A DNA stretch of 32,000 bases from Pseudoalteromonas translucida KMM 520 (lineage in GTDB: Bacteria; Pseudomonadota; Gammaproteobacteria; Enterobacterales; Alteromonadaceae). A program made the translations under genes and the position numbers. Of the stretch, positions 9,878 to 20,426 are shown piece by piece. Each line of letters opens with the position of its first letter. Position 1 is the stretch's first letter. A model generated the notes under the pieces. The model was not told the origin of the DNA and ran no database searches. It was given only the letters and a program-made list of their open reading frames with translations. The DNA is taken from positions 1,710,001 to 1,742,000 of the forward strand of contig NZ_CP011034.1 in NCBI RefSeq assembly GCF_001465295.1, written 5' to 3'.

Positions 9878-10870
9878 TTAACTTTGACAATTAACTACAA
9901 CACGGCCACGAATTTTACCTTCCATAAGCTGCTCGGCGTTATCAATTACTTGTTCAAGCGTTATTTCAGTCGATATTTTATCAAGGTAATCAGCTACTAC
10001 CAAAGACGCTAAACGATCCCATGCTTCAATTCGGTCGGCTTTTGGGCGCATTACACTATCAATGCCTATTAATCGAATGCCACGTAATATAAACGGTGCT
10101 ACAGAGCCTGGTAAATCCATACCTTGTGCAAGTCCACATGCGGTTACAACACCACCGTATTTTAACGAGGCACAAATATTAGCTAAAGTATGGCTGCCCA
10201 CTGAGTCTATAGCAGCGGCAAAGCGTTCTTTTTGTAGCGGCTTGCCGGGGGTTGAAAGCTCATCACGATTAATTACGTTTGTTGCCCCAAGCTCTTTTAA
10301 ATAATCACTTTGCTCCATACGTCCTGTGGCAGCGGTTACATTGTAGCCAAGCTTGTTTAGTAAATATATTGCAAAACTACCTACGCCACCATTAGCACCG
10401 GTTACCAGTACTTCGCCTGAATCGGGTGTTATGCCTTGTTTTTCAAGTGCAATTACACTGAGCATAGCGGTGTAACCCGCAGTGCCAATTTGCATAGCTT
10501 GTTTAGGTGAAATGCCAGCAGGCAAGGGTATTAACCAATCGCTATTAAGTGCTGCTTTTTGAGCAAGCCCACCCCAGTGTTTTTCGCCTACACCAAAGCC
10601 ATTTAAAATTACCTTGTCGGCACTTTTAAATTCATCGCTGGTGGAGTGGCTCACAGTGCCTACTAAATCTATGCCCGGCACCATAGGAAAACTGCGTACC
10701 ACAGGACCTTTTCCGGTTATTGCTAAGCCATCTTTATAATTTAAAGTGCTGTATAGCACATCAATATTCACATTTTCATTCGGCAAGTCACTACCATTAA
10801 TGCTGCTTAAAGAGGCGCTGTAGTTATTATCATCTTTATTAATAACAATGGCTTTAATTGGGTTACTCAT
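9878..10870 (-). CDS. acuI: MDR-superfamily NADPH-dependent oxidoreductase, YhdH/AcuI (acrylyl-CoA reductase) subfamily
   Basis: Colinear with E. coli YhdH as I remember it: LNYKDGLAITGKG, FPMVPGIDLVG, GVGEKHWGGLAQ, TAGYTAML, VLVTGANGGVGSFAI, YGGVVTACGLAQG, PFILRGIRLIGIDSV. Confidence 0.85.
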   Translation of the reverse strand: MSNPIKAIVINKDDNNYSASLSSINGSDLPNENVNIDVLYSTLNYKDGLAITGKGPVVRSFPMVPGIDLVGTVSHSTSDEFKSADKVILNGFGVGEKHWGGLAQKAALNSDWLIPLPAGISPKQAMQIGTAGYTAMLSVIALEKQGITPDSGEVLVTGANGGVGSFAIYLLNKLGYNVTAATGRMEQSDYLKELGATNVINRDELSTPGKPLQKERFAAAIDSVGSHTLANICASLKYGGVVTACGLAQGMDLPGSVAPFILRGIRLIGIDSVMRPKADRIEAWDRLASLVVADYLDKISTEITLEQVIDNAEQLMEGKIRGRVVVNCQS

Positions 10871-10881
10871 GGGATATCCTT

Positions 10882-10901
10882 TTAGACCGATCGTCTTTTA
10901 A
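10882..10901. promoter_or_regulatory. Candidate TetR operator, copy 1 (upstream of acuI)
   Basis: TTAGACCGATCGTCTTTTAA lies 12 nt upstream of the acuI start codon (10870). It shares TTAGACCGATCG-N-CTTT with the copy at 11562-11581 and contains the CGATCG palindrome. Confidence 0.55.
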
Positions 10902-10917
10902 TTGGTAAAAAAACGCA

Positions 10918-11553
10918 TTAGGTTAGTAATGCGCGTAAAAACATTTCTGTATATAAAGTAAGTGGGGTATTAGACTTAGTGAGCTTGGCACGCATAACCG
11001 CACCCTCCCAACCAATCCAAAAATACTCACTCATTAATTGGGTGTTTACACTGCTGGCAATTGTACCTTGCTGCTTTGCTTGGTTTAAACACACCTCTAC
11101 CAGGTTTTGCCAGCTAGTATAACTTTGCAATAAGCGGGTTTTAAACTCGTCACTTAAGTGATTCAGTTCTTGATTTAAATTACCTACCAAACAGCCACGC
11201 TTATAATCGTACTTTTTCATACCTTTAATGGCACTTTGGGTAAAGTTGACTATTCGCTCCAGCGGGGGAACGTCACTTTGTTGTAAATAATGATTAAGTT
11301 TGGCAATAAAATAACTGTCGTAAGCATCAACTAGGGCAATACCGTACGCTTCTTTACTTTTAAAGTAATGATAAAAAGAGCCTTTAGGCACGGCTGCTTT
11401 TTTTAATATGGTATCGAGACCGGTTGCGCTAAAGCCAAACTCGGTTAGTGTTTCTAGGCCTGTGCGAATAAGTAACGCTTTGGTATCAGCGTTTTCTCTG
11501 GCTACTTTGGGTGGGCGACCACGCCTTACTGGAGTTGATGTGTTTTTGTTCAT
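10918..11553 (-). CDS. TetR family transcriptional regulator
   Basis: N-terminal TetR-type HTH (LIRTGLETLTEFGFSATGLDTILKKAAVPKGSFYHYFKSKEA). 211 aa, all-helical C-terminal region. Confidence 0.85.
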   Translation of the reverse strand: MNKNTSTPVRRGRPPKVARENADTKALLIRTGLETLTEFGFSATGLDTILKKAAVPKGSFYHYFKSKEAYGIALVDAYDSYFIAKLNHYLQQSDVPPLERIVNFTQSAIKGMKKYDYKRGCLVGNLNQELNHLSDEFKTRLLQSYTSWQNLVEVCLNQAKQQGTIASSVNTQLMSEYFWIGWEGAVMRAKLTKSNTPLTLYTEMFLRALLT

Positions 11554-11561
11554 GCATCATA

Positions 11562-11581
11562 TTAGACCGATCGACTTTAAA
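11562..11581. promoter_or_regulatory. Candidate TetR operator, copy 2 (upstream of tetR)
   Basis: TTAGACCGATCGACTTTAAA begins 9 nt upstream of the tetR start codon (11553). It is near-identical to the copy at 10882-10901. Confidence 0.55.
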
Positions 11582-11928
11582 TAATCAAGCGTTAATTGTG
11601 TTGTTTATTAAATAAACTAAAAAAATTCAAAAATAGACTGAATTTATTTGGAACTAAGGCTAAATTAGCCGGTCACAATATGTACACAAGAGTGTAATAA
11701 AGCGATTGTTTAATCGTGTTTTTAAGTTAGTTTAAACCGGTCAATACAGTGCAAGTACGACCACTTACTTTTTAAAAAGCTAATTCATCATTGCATCAGC
11801 AACTTAGTTAAAGTCAAACTAATTAATTGCTTTTATAATTTGAATTAACCTTTTTTATTAGCTATTCATTACATGTAGATTTCACTAATGCTACAAAATA
11901 TATAAATACAAAGGTGAGGATATTACCG

Positions 11929-12099
11929 ATGAAGAGACAAAAAAGAGATCGTTTAGAGAGAGCACATTCTCAAGGATTTAAAGCAGGTTTAGCAGGTCGC
12001 TCTAAAGAGCATTGTCCCTATCAACAAGTTGATCCAAAATCAGAATGGTTAGGTGGTTGGCGCGAAGCAATAGATAATCGTAATCTTTATAAAACATAG
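11929..12099 (+). CDS. rmf: Ribosome modulation factor
   Basis: MKRQKRDRLERAHSQGFKAGLAGRSKEHCPYQ... is the canonical RMF sequence at ~56 aa. The track GTG at 11914 lies inside the SD (GGTGAGGA at 11912-11919), which is 9 nt before ATG 11929. It shows the conserved rmf-fabA convergent neighbourhood seen in E. coli. Confidence 0.9.
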   Translation: MKRQKRDRLERAHSQGFKAGLAGRSKEHCPYQQVDPKSEWLGGWREAIDNRNLYKT

Positions 12100-12120
12100 T
12101 ATATATAACTGAATTTAAGC

Positions 12121-12148
12121 AAAAATGCCTCCAAGTGGAGGCATTTTT
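12121..12148. terminator. Bidirectional rho-independent terminator between rmf and fabA
   Basis: AAAAA-TGCCTCC-AAGT-GGAGGCA-TTTTT: a 7-bp GC-rich stem (12126-12132 / 12137-12143) with a 4-nt loop, flanked by an A-run and a T-run. Confidence 0.85.
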
Positions 12149-12177
12149 GTATGTGTATTTTAATTATTAACAGTTAA

Positions 12178-12693
12178 TTAAAATGCACTGGTGTCTTGAA
12201 ATAGACCCACTTTTAAATCTTTCGCTTCGTAGATTACACGGCCATCTACTTCTACCGTGCCATCGGCAACACCCATAAATAATTTACGTTTAATTACGCG
12301 TTTCATTACCAGGCGGTAGGTTACTTTTTTAGCGGTTGGTAAAATTTGGCCGGTAAATTTAACTTCACCCACACCTAGCGCACGGCCAAGACCTGGGCCG
12401 CCAGACCAACCTAAGTAAAATCCAACTAACTGCCACATAGCGTCTAAACCTAAGCAACCAGGCATTACAGGGTCACCTTTAAAATGGCAGTCGAAAAACC
12501 ATAAGCTAGGGTCAATATCTAGCTCAGCAACAATTTCGCCTTTACCGTGTATTCCGCCATCGGCAGTAATAGAGGTAATGCGGTCCATCATTAACATATT
12601 GTCGCTTGGTAAACGGCAGTTACCTTCACCAAACATTTCACCTTCACCACATAGGATCAAGTCTTCTTTTGTATAGCTATTTTTAGGTTCCAT
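12178..12693 (-). CDS. fabA: 3-hydroxydecanoyl-ACP dehydratase/isomerase
   Basis: 171 aa. [43 protein letters not shown] and KVTYRL are canonical FabA blocks, including the active-site His region. Confidence 0.92.
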   Translation of the reverse strand: MEPKNSYTKEDLILCGEGEMFGEGNCRLPSDNMLMMDRITSITADGGIHGKGEIVAELDIDPSLWFFDCHFKGDPVMPGCLGLDAMWQLVGFYLGWSGGPGLGRALGVGEVKFTGQILPTAKKVTYRLVMKRVIKRKLFMGVADGTVEVDGRVIYEAKDLKVGLFQDTSAF

Positions 12694-12896
12694 AACACTT
12701 ATCTTCGCTTATAAATTGCCAACTACTTTAGCGTACACTTGTACGCTGAACAACTCGGATCAGTTAAAAAAGCTAAATTTAGCAGGTTTTTTCATCAATC
12801 GATTGGTGTAATTGATTTTAGCCTGATTAAACCGCGCAATTACAATCATAAATCATTATAATTACAGCTGACTTTTAACCTGTTTAAAGGAAATTT

Positions 12897-13754
12897 ATGA
12901 TCCTTTTTGTTAACTCACTAACAGTGATAGATTTTTCTTACTTGTGTAATAAACGCGGCGCAGTTGGCGAAAGCTGGATTGTTGATTTAACTTTGCATGG
13001 CAAACTAAACGATGAGTCTATGGTATTAGACTTTGGGTTAGTTAAAAAGCAAATTAAAGGCATTATAGATGAGTGTATTGATCATCGTTTAGCTGTACCT
13101 AATAATCTAAATGGCATGGTTAGCGAGTTTAGCGACCATAAAACATTAGATTGTACTTTTGGTGATAACCACCATTTGGCTATGAGTGCTCCACATCAAG
13201 CTTATTGTATGATTAACGCTGATGAAGTAACTATTGCATCGGTTACTGATTTTTTAATAGCGACTATTTTGCCACAGCTACCAGATAATATAGAAAAAAT
13301 TGAGCTGTCATTAAAGCCAGAGCATAACCAAAGCTATTATTACCATTACAGTCATGGCCTTAAAAAGCATGATGGCAATTGCCAACGTATTATTCATGGG
13401 CACCGTTCTCAAATTGGCATTAGCTTAGATGGTATTTCTATGCCACGCTTGCAAAAAGAATGGTCACAAAAGTGGCAAGACATTTATTTAGCCACCGCTG
13501 AGGATCAAATTAAGGCAGACGAGTTACAACACGTTAGCGCAAAAGCCGGTGATGTATGTTTTGCATATACTTCAGCGCAAGGCTATTTTGAAATGGCTAT
13601 TAGCGAATCGCGTTGCGATATTTTACCTAGCGATACCACGGTTGAATGCATTGCCGAATACTTAGCGGGTCAGGTAAAAGCACAGTATCCAGAAAAAGCG
13701 GTAAAAATAACGGCCTACGAAGGAGTAGGCAAAGGGTCTATTAGCCATGCTTAA
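12897..13754 (+). CDS. 6-pyruvoyl-tetrahydropterin / 6-carboxytetrahydropterin synthase (PTPS/QueD) family-like protein
   Basis: 285 aa. CQRIIHGHRS resembles the Cys...HGH zinc/catalytic motif of PTPS/QueD proteins. AAGGA lies 5 nt upstream of the ATG. The subfamily assignment is uncertain. Confidence 0.55.
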   Translation: MILFVNSLTVIDFSYLCNKRGAVGESWIVDLTLHGKLNDESMVLDFGLVKKQIKGIIDECIDHRLAVPNNLNGMVSEFSDHKTLDCTFGDNHHLAMSAPHQAYCMINADEVTIASVTDFLIATILPQLPDNIEKIELSLKPEHNQSYYYHYSHGLKKHDGNCQRIIHGHRSQIGISLDGISMPRLQKEWSQKWQDIYLATAEDQIKADELQHVSAKAGDVCFAYTSAQGYFEMAISESRCDILPSDTTVECIAEYLAGQVKAQYPEKAVKITAYEGVGKGSISHA

Positions 13755-14565
13755 AACATTATTAGCAGCCGTGTTAATTTCCTCTACTAGCTTAAGTGCG
13801 ATGGCGCTTGAGCTAAAAGGGCAATTAACTCAAGGCGGTTTAGTAACCGGTAATATAAGTAACGCGCAGTCGGTTAGCTTTAACGATAAAGCACTTAAGC
13901 TTTCGAGTAAGGGTGATTTTGTATTTGGCTTTGGTCGCGATGCACCAACAAATCACACACTTAAATGGGTTGATAAAGCTGGTGTTGAGCACAGTGAAAG
14001 CCTAGTAATTACTAAGCGCGACTATCAAATTGATAAAATTACTGGCGTTGCTAAAAAGTATGTATCGCCGGCTAAAGAACTCAGCGCACGTATAAGTAAA
14101 GAGGCTGCTGCGATTAGAGCTGCGCGCCAAGTTAATTCTGACCTATTGTACTTTTTAGATCCTGTGCTAAAACCTGCACAAGGGCGTATATCTGGGGTGT
14201 ATGGTAGCCAACGTTATTTTAATGGCGAGCCACGCAGACCACATTTTGGCTTAGATATAGCCAATAAAACGGGCACACCTGTGTATGCACCTATAAGTGG
14301 CACTGTGGTGTTTTCGCAGCCTGATATTTATTACTCTGGCGGCACACTTATTTTAGACCATGGCCACGGCGTTACTTCTACTTATATTCATTTAAGTAAG
14401 CTTGATGTAAAGCTGGGCGATAAAATTGAGCAAGGTAGTAAAATAGCTGAAATAGGTGCAACAGGGCGAGTAACAGGCCCGCATTTAGATTGGCGTTTTA
14501 ACTGGCAAGGTCAACGCCTTGATCCGGCCTTATTAATGCAAGACAAATTAGCTAATAAAAAGTAG
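13747..14565 (+). CDS. M23 family metallopeptidase (secreted)
   Basis: Signal peptide MLKTLLAAVLISSTSLSAMA. It has the HxxxD motif (RPHFGLDI) and the HxH region (DHGHGVTSTYIHLS, GATGRVTGPHLDW). Its start overlaps the upstream stop by 8 nt. Confidence 0.88.
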   Translation: MLKTLLAAVLISSTSLSAMALELKGQLTQGGLVTGNISNAQSVSFNDKALKLSSKGDFVFGFGRDAPTNHTLKWVDKAGVEHSESLVITKRDYQIDKITGVAKKYVSPAKELSARISKEAAAIRAARQVNSDLLYFLDPVLKPAQGRISGVYGSQRYFNGEPRRPHFGLDIANKTGTPVYAPISGTVVFSQPDIYYSGGTLILDHGHGVTSTYIHLSKLDVKLGDKIEQGSKIAEIGATGRVTGPHLDWRFNWQGQRLDPALLMQDKLANKK

Positions 14566-14570
14566 ACATT

Positions 14571-15005
14571 ATGACACAAGTAGAGCGCGATGCTATTATC
14601 GCGCAACGTATTAAAGATTCCACCACGTCGGTAACTAAAACAGTGTTTCCGGGACGAACTAACCACCACAACACTTTATTTGGTGGCGACGCTTTAGCTT
14701 GGATGGACGAGGTTGCTTTTATAGCGGCAACGCGTTTTTGCCGTAAGCCTTTAGTTACCATTTCATCAGATAGAGTAGACTTTAAAGAAGCGATACCTGC
14801 TGGAACTTTTGCTGAACTTATAGCTAAAGTAGTGCATGTAGGTAATACCAGTTTAAAAGTTGATGTCGATATACTTCTTGAAACTATGCATAATGACAAC
14901 AAGCATTCTGCTATTAGTGGCAGCTTTACCTTTGTAGCAGTAAATGATGATCACAGACCAACACCTGTGGTTTGCGATAAAATGATTTATGGTTTTGACA
15001 AGTAA
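14571..15005 (+). CDS. Acyl-CoA thioesterase (hotdog fold, YciA-like)
   Basis: VFPGRTNHHNTLFGGDALAWMDEVAFIAA is the typical acyl-CoA hydrolase hotdog signature. 144 aa. Confidence 0.8.
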   Translation: MTQVERDAIIAQRIKDSTTSVTKTVFPGRTNHHNTLFGGDALAWMDEVAFIAATRFCRKPLVTISSDRVDFKEAIPAGTFAELIAKVVHVGNTSLKVDVDILLETMHNDNKHSAISGSFTFVAVNDDHRPTPVVCDKMIYGFDK

Positions 15006-15156
15006 AACATTAGAATAAAAAATTTTAATGTTATTAAAAGTAAGCACTTTAAGTAGTGCTTATTTAAAACCCATTAAAGAACACATCATACTATATAGTT
15101 ATAAATGCTATAAACTAAACAACAGTATAAGTTTTTTTAATAAATAATCAGAGATG

Positions 15157-15191
15157 GAGGGATAACCTAATCTATTATTAGGTTATCCCTC
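15157..15191. repeat. Perfect 15-bp inverted repeat (hairpin), possible terminator between convergent genes
   Basis: GAGGGATAACCTAAT (15157-15171), loop CTATT, ATTAGGTTATCCCTC (15177-15191). There is no clean U-tract on either side, so function is unassigned. Confidence 0.6.
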
Positions 15192-15214
15192 AATTTAGTT
15201 TTACGTTACTTAGA

Positions 15215-16537
15215 TTAAAGTACCATGGCGGCTATCCAGCCAAATATTAATAACGGTATATTAAAGTGAATAAAGGTAGGCACAACTGAGTCCCAAATAT
15301 GGTCGTGTTGACCATCAGCATTTAGCCCGGAAGTTGGCCCAAGTGTAGAGTCTGAAGCGGGGGAGCCTGCATCACCTAACGCACCGGTTGTTCCCACTAA
15401 GGCAGCAGTGGCCATAACCGAAAAGCCCAGCTCTAAACATAAAGGAACAAATAAAGTAGCTATAATTGGCACGGTAGAAAATGAACTACCTATACCCATG
15501 GTAATAAACAATCCAACTAATAAAATGACTGCCGCAGCAATGGGTTTATTCCCAGCAAATAACTCAGCGCCACTGTGTACTAAACTAGCCACATGACCTG
15601 TTGCTTGCATAACAGCTGCAAACCCTTGAGCTGAAATCATTATAAAACCAATCATTGCCATCATAGCGACGCCTTTACTAAATACGTCACCATTATCTTC
15701 CCATTTAACGATACCGAAAACGCTAAAAATCATCACACCAACTAAGCCGCCTAAAATCATTGAGCCGCTAGCATTTTGCGCAATAAGTGAAGCAAGTACA
15801 GCAAACAGGCCAACCAACATTACCTTTTTAGGGTTTTCTACCGTGGTTTCTTTACTTTCTATGGTAAGCGGGAGCGCTTTGTAATCACGACGTTTTCTGT
15901 AACTAAAAAATATCGCAATTAATAAACCAGCAAACATGCCCAAAGCCGGAATTATCATTGCTATAGGCACTTGGGTATTTATTATTTCTAACCCGTTATC
16001 GACTAAATTTTTATGTAGTATTGAATATAAATAAATACCACCAAAGCCATACGGTAGCACCATATAAGAAGTAGCTAAACCAAAAGTTAAAATACAGGCT
16101 ATGGCACGTCGATCTAGCCTAAGTTTATTAAAAATCACCAGCAGCGGTGGAATAAGAATAGGAATAAAGGCGATATGAACTGGCACTAAGTTTTGCGATG
16201 AAACGGCGCAGATCAATATTATAAATAAAATAAAATAACTGAGCAGGGTTTCACTGCCACTTTTTTGTGCATTAACTTTTGCTAATAATTTTGCGGCTAA
16301 AATACGTGTTAAACCTGACTTAGAAATAGCCACTGCAAAAGCACCTAACATGGCATAACTTAGTGCTATTTCAGCACCAGCCGACAACCCCGAATTAAAG
16401 GCGTCTATACTTTCTTTTAAGCCCAAACCAGCGGTTAAACCAGCAACTAGGGCACTTATTATCATTGCAACAATAACATTTACGCGGACCAAGGTTAGCC
16501 CAAGCATTAATAAAACGCCTATAACAACCGCATTCAT
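15215..16537 (-). CDS. NhaC/YuiF-type Na+/H+ antiporter family membrane transporter
   Basis: 440 aa and polytopic, with about 11-12 hydrophobic helices. The N-terminus [34 protein letters not shown] resembles the Na_H_antiporter-family proteins I remember. Substrate unknown. The start overlaps the upstream stop by 4 nt. Confidence 0.65.
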   Translation of the reverse strand: MNAVVIGVLLMLGLTLVRVNVIVAMIISALVAGLTAGLGLKESIDAFNSGLSAGAEIALSYAMLGAFAVAISKSGLTRILAAKLLAKVNAQKSGSETLLSYFILFIILICAVSSQNLVPVHIAFIPILIPPLLVIFNKLRLDRRAIACILTFGLATSYMVLPYGFGGIYLYSILHKNLVDNGLEIINTQVPIAMIIPALGMFAGLLIAIFFSYRKRRDYKALPLTIESKETTVENPKKVMLVGLFAVLASLIAQNASGSMILGGLVGVMIFSVFGIVKWEDNGDVFSKGVAMMAMIGFIMISAQGFAAVMQATGHVASLVHSGAELFAGNKPIAAAVILLVGLFITMGIGSSFSTVPIIATLFVPLCLELGFSVMATAALVGTTGALGDAGSPASDSTLGPTSGLNADGQHDHIWDSVVPTFIHFNIPLLIFGWIAAMVL

Positions 16538-18516
16538 AGATTTCTCTGTTTCGTAGATTTAATTAATTTTATCAGATATTTTGCCTGAGTTTTACGTTGT
16601 TTATTAAATGGTTTCTTAGCATAACGTACTTGGTTAAATAATTGGCTAAACACGATTAATTGTTGCTCAATATGCGGCGCTTGTGCAGCTAAGTGGTGTA
16701 ATTGTTGGGTAGGCGTTAAATGATCGGCTATCTTAAATTTACGTTTTTTAGCCCATTTTATTAATTGTTCAAACTCTTTAACCATGGGGGCTAATTTAGT
16801 CGCGGGCTTAGGCCAATTTAAATAAACAAAATAACTAGCAAATGTCAGCCCTAAAGTAACAATTACAGCCAGCGGTATCAGCCAAATATTCTGGCTGCCA
16901 AAAATAGATTTTAAAAATTCGTTTTGTTTTTCATCATCAAAACCAAGTACCCAGCTAGACCACTTATAATCTAAGTTTTCTAGCTCTAGCCTTAACCAGT
17001 TAATAGCTGCAAAGTTACTTAAACTAACCAAACCAAAGTCGAGATTACTTTTAAACTCATTATTTAATTCATCATTTTGCGAAAGCGAACCTGTAAGTCT
17101 ATCGGGCGCAACCACCGCTGTGGCATCAAATATTTGCCAGCCTTCATTATCTAAATACACTTCTACCCATGCATGTGCATCATATTGGCGAACGGACAAT
17201 GTATTATTATCAGTATTAAGCTCACCACCTAAATAGCCACTGACAACTCTTGCAGGTATACCCGCACTTCTAAAAATATAAGCTGCGGCACTAGCATAGT
17301 GCCCACAAAAACCGCGTTGTTGCTCAAACATAAACTGATCAATAGTATTGTTACCGCTCATTGGCGTTGGATTAAGCGTATAACTAAATTTTTTGTCTAT
17401 AAAGTACTGTAGTAATACAGTATAAAAATCGCGATCGCTGGTTAAATTTTGCTTTAAATTGTGGGCAAGGGCACTTGCTTTGTTATTGTCGTTATTTATT
17501 AAATGTTTGTAATGCTTAGTTTGCCACTGTAATAAAGGGGCTAGTGTTAATGCAGAGCTACTTGCTGTGTACTGCACACTTTTAGCTTGGTAATTTTTTT
17601 TACGTAATAACCCCAGCGAATTACTCTCTACGTTATCGTTATTACTGGTTGCAAAGTTGAGCCCATATAACCATTTTTGACTTGAGGGCTCGGCAATAAT
17701 CGAATAGTCGTATTTTGTTAAACTACTAACTTGTTGCGCTTTAGTTTTAATTACGCTGTTATGTTTTAATAAATCGGAAGTGAGCCACGCATTACCGTTA
17801 AACTCATCGTGTACTAAGGCTCGCCAATATAGAGGTGCTTTAGGCGCTAGATCATTAAATTTAGCTCTAAAAACCAGTTCATCTGAATTAGATAACTTGG
17901 CAATATCAAACGGATCTATTTGCTCAGACAAGCCTGTTTTAGCTAACTTTGGCCCAGGAAGTTGCCAAAATGCCGGCATTTTTGGTAAAAATATTAATAA
18001 AAATATCGCCAGCGGTAATGCCAATAATAGTAATTTACCGCTTTGTTTAGATGCGACTTTTAAATTATGTTTTGATTCTAACAAGCCCAATACAGCAAAG
18101 TTTAAAATATACAAACTACTCACTACTAAAGTAGTTAAAATACTTTGGTTAAATAAATAAACCGCCGAAAGCGAAAAAAATGTCAGCGTTGTTATTACAT
18201 GATAATGTTTTTTAGTTTTCGCCTGTAATAACTTAAATAAGCTTGAAAGCAACAACATAGCCACAAATAAAATAACCGTGTCGCTAAATCCCACACTAAA
18301 AAGCATTAACCCTAAAGCAAGAGCTGCTAAAGCGTTAGCCAACCAGGCATTAGGTTTAGTTTTATTACTTATGGTTACATAAAAATTCCATGCACAAAGT
18401 AATGCTAATACACTAATAAATACAATTGGTAAGTGGGCAGTAAAAAACATTACTAAAGCGCTGTATATAAAACACAGTGAATAATTTATTACCTTTAAGT
18501 TTTTTAATGCCGTCAC
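16534..18516 (-). CDS. Transglutaminase-domain membrane protein (TgpA-like: N-terminal multi-TM region plus transglutaminase core)
   Basis: About six N-terminal TM helices. The Cys-His-Asp core is [42 protein letters not shown]. There is a C-terminal TM segment. GTG start within a GTGA overlap with the DUF58 gene stop. Confidence 0.85.
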   Translation of the reverse strand: MTALKNLKVINYSLCFIYSALVMFFTAHLPIVFISVLALLCAWNFYVTISNKTKPNAWLANALAALALGLMLFSVGFSDTVILFVAMLLLSSLFKLLQAKTKKHYHVITTLTFFSLSAVYLFNQSILTTLVVSSLYILNFAVLGLLESKHNLKVASKQSGKLLLLALPLAIFLLIFLPKMPAFWQLPGPKLAKTGLSEQIDPFDIAKLSNSDELVFRAKFNDLAPKAPLYWRALVHDEFNGNAWLTSDLLKHNSVIKTKAQQVSSLTKYDYSIIAEPSSQKWLYGLNFATSNNDNVESNSLGLLRKKNYQAKSVQYTASSSALTLAPLLQWQTKHYKHLINNDNNKASALAHNLKQNLTSDRDFYTVLLQYFIDKKFSYTLNPTPMSGNNTIDQFMFEQQRGFCGHYASAAAYIFRSAGIPARVVSGYLGGELNTDNNTLSVRQYDAHAWVEVYLDNEGWQIFDATAVVAPDRLTGSLSQNDELNNEFKSNLDFGLVSLSNFAAINWLRLELENLDYKWSSWVLGFDDEKQNEFLKSIFGSQNIWLIPLAVIVTLGLTFASYFVYLNWPKPATKLAPMVKEFEQLIKWAKKRKFKIADHLTPTQQLHHLAAQAPHIEQQLIVFSQLFNQVRYAKKPFNKQRKTQAKYLIKLIKSTKQRNL

Positions 18517-19502
18517 TTTGTATCACCATTAAATGTACTAAGTGCTTCTAAGCAAAGTGTTTTATGTTTCACACCTACGTTGGTAGCTATTATTTTACTT
18601 GGTAGTTTTAGCATAAAGGGAGTGTTATTTTCTGTTGCTTCACATACTAAAAAGCACAGCTGGCTTAAGCGTTGCTCGGTATCGCCATGCATTAAATCAA
18701 AATCAAATAATGCATCAGCAGCTTTAAAATCAACAAACTCTTTAACTAATAACTGCTGTGTTTTAGCAAAATGTTTCCAAGAAATTCTTTGCAATCCCAT
18801 TTCAGGCAAGTGCGGTATTAATGTTTCAAACTCTTCACTACCAATTTGTTTGGCAATACCGTTTTCGGCTTGCTCGGCTAGGCTATTAATCTGAGCGTCA
18901 CTAAACACTTTTTCAAGTGAAGGGTAAACATAAACACGAGTGTGTAATTGAATATAGCTCCACACAGTGATCAAACCAAACGGATAATTACTGGCAATTT
19001 TTATTCGCTGTAGTGCGTAACACCCGCGTTTGTTATAAGGTAGTGGTAAGCTTAGCGTTTGGGTTGTATTAGTTATTTCATCATGATTAATTTGCGTTTG
19101 TTGATCGCCTTGATAAATTAGCATCACAGATTGGCAAATCGAGGGGCTTTGTACAGTAAACTGAACTTGTGGTTTTTGTGGTGCAAAGCTCGAAAGTGAA
19201 TTTTTAAAGGTAACAGTTAGCCCTTTTGCATTGCTGTAACCCAGTAGTACAGCAATAATCATAACCACAAACATTAAATAAGCCATGATCAAAATTAAGT
19301 TGTTTTGATAGTTAATTCCCATCACAAAATTTAAAATAGCTACACTAATAAAGTAGCAGCCAAGGGATGACGGGAAAACATAAATTGTTTTGTGCTCAAG
19401 TGTAATAGACTGCTTTAAATGTTTGTTTTTTAATAATTTATTAAATATCGCACGTTTAAACGACTTAAACAAAGCAGGGCGCTTAGCTGTTTTATTTGGC
19501 AT
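18513..19502 (-). CDS. DUF58-like protein (MoxR-associated)
   Basis: 329 aa with two N-terminal TM helices. It occupies the canonical position between a MoxR ATPase and a transglutaminase-domain protein. The call is by context and architecture, not by motif. Confidence 0.6.
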   Translation of the reverse strand: MPNKTAKRPALFKSFKRAIFNKLLKNKHLKQSITLEHKTIYVFPSSLGCYFISVAILNFVMGINYQNNLILIMAYLMFVVMIIAVLLGYSNAKGLTVTFKNSLSSFAPQKPQVQFTVQSPSICQSVMLIYQGDQQTQINHDEITNTTQTLSLPLPYNKRGCYALQRIKIASNYPFGLITVWSYIQLHTRVYVYPSLEKVFSDAQINSLAEQAENGIAKQIGSEEFETLIPHLPEMGLQRISWKHFAKTQQLLVKEFVDFKAADALFDFDLMHGDTEQRLSQLCFLVCEATENNTPFMLKLPSKIIATNVGVKHKTLCLEALSTFNGDTK

Positions 19503-19507
19503 AAATG

Positions 19508-20413
19508 CTATACCGGAACCAAAACAGCTTTTAATATTTGCATAACTTGCGCTTCGCCCGACTCATTATGTAACCCTAAACGGTGCTGACAAACGCTGGC
19601 GAAAACGGCTTGCACATCTTCAGGCATAACAAAATCACGACCATCTATATAAGCCCATGATTTAGCTGCTTTTGCTAATGCCATGCTAGCGCGTGGCGAT
19701 AACGATGCAGCAAAATTATTACTCTCGCGTGTGTAATTTACCAATTCAATAATATAATCAATCACAGGGTTACTTAGCGTAATATTGCTAATTTGAGCTT
19801 GGATTTGAGCTAATTGTTGCTCAGTAATGCGTTGTGGAAGCTGGGTGTAATCGCGTTTTTGCATATTTAGTAACAGCCTTTTTTCGGCTTCTTTTGGCGG
19901 GAAACCTAGGCTAATACGCATTAAAAAACGATCTAGCTGTGACTCAGGTAAAGGGTAAGTACCTGATTGATGTAATGGATTTTGTGTAGCAATAACAAAA
20001 AATGGGGTAGGAAGAGAGTGCTTTTTACCATCAACAGTAACTTGTTGTTCTTCCATTGCCTCTAGTAATGCGCTTTGTGTTTTAGGTCCTGCTCTGTTTA
20101 TTTCATCTGCTAAAACAACTTGACTAAAAATAGGCCCTTTATGAAAGCTAAAACTGTGTTCATTACTATTAAATACATTAATACCTAATATGTCGGCTGG
20201 GAGTAAGTCGCTGGTAAATTGTATTCGTTGGTACGACAAGCCTAAAACGGCTGCCAAGGCATGCGATAGTGTTGTTTTACCCATGCCAGGTAAATCTTCA
20301 ATTAGTAAATGCCCTTCACTAAATAAGCAGGTAAGTGCGAGCTTAATTTGCTGTTTTTTACCAAAAATAACATTAGATAAATCATCTATAATTGCGCTAA
20401 CAGAACTTTGCAT
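19508..20413 (-). CDS. MoxR-family AAA+ ATPase
   Basis: Walker A EDLPGMGKTT, Walker B and sensor region VVLADEINRAGPKTQSALLEAMEE, then ATQNP. The track start (20434) is a TTG. ATG 20413 is preceded by AAGG 6 nt upstream and is preferred. Either choice keeps it within 13 nt of, or overlapping, the receiver gene. Confidence 0.88.
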   Translation of the reverse strand: MQSSVSAIIDDLSNVIFGKKQQIKLALTCLFSEGHLLIEDLPGMGKTTLSHALAAVLGLSYQRIQFTSDLLPADILGINVFNSNEHSFSFHKGPIFSQVVLADEINRAGPKTQSALLEAMEEQQVTVDGKKHSLPTPFFVIATQNPLHQSGTYPLPESQLDRFLMRISLGFPPKEAEKRLLLNMQKRDYTQLPQRITEQQLAQIQAQISNITLSNPVIDYIIELVNYTRESNNFAASLSPRASMALAKAAKSWAYIDGRDFVMPEDVQAVFASVCQHRLGLHNESGEAQVMQILKAVLVPV

Positions 20414-20426
20414 ACTAACCTTATTG

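Noticed and set aside
12897-15005. Tight PTPS-like / M23 peptidase / thioesterase cluster (8-nt overlap, then a 5-nt gap), considered as a possible novel functional unit.
   Set aside because: All three are common housekeeping-type families. Tight packing of unrelated genes is frequent in compact genomes, and nothing in the sequence links their functions.
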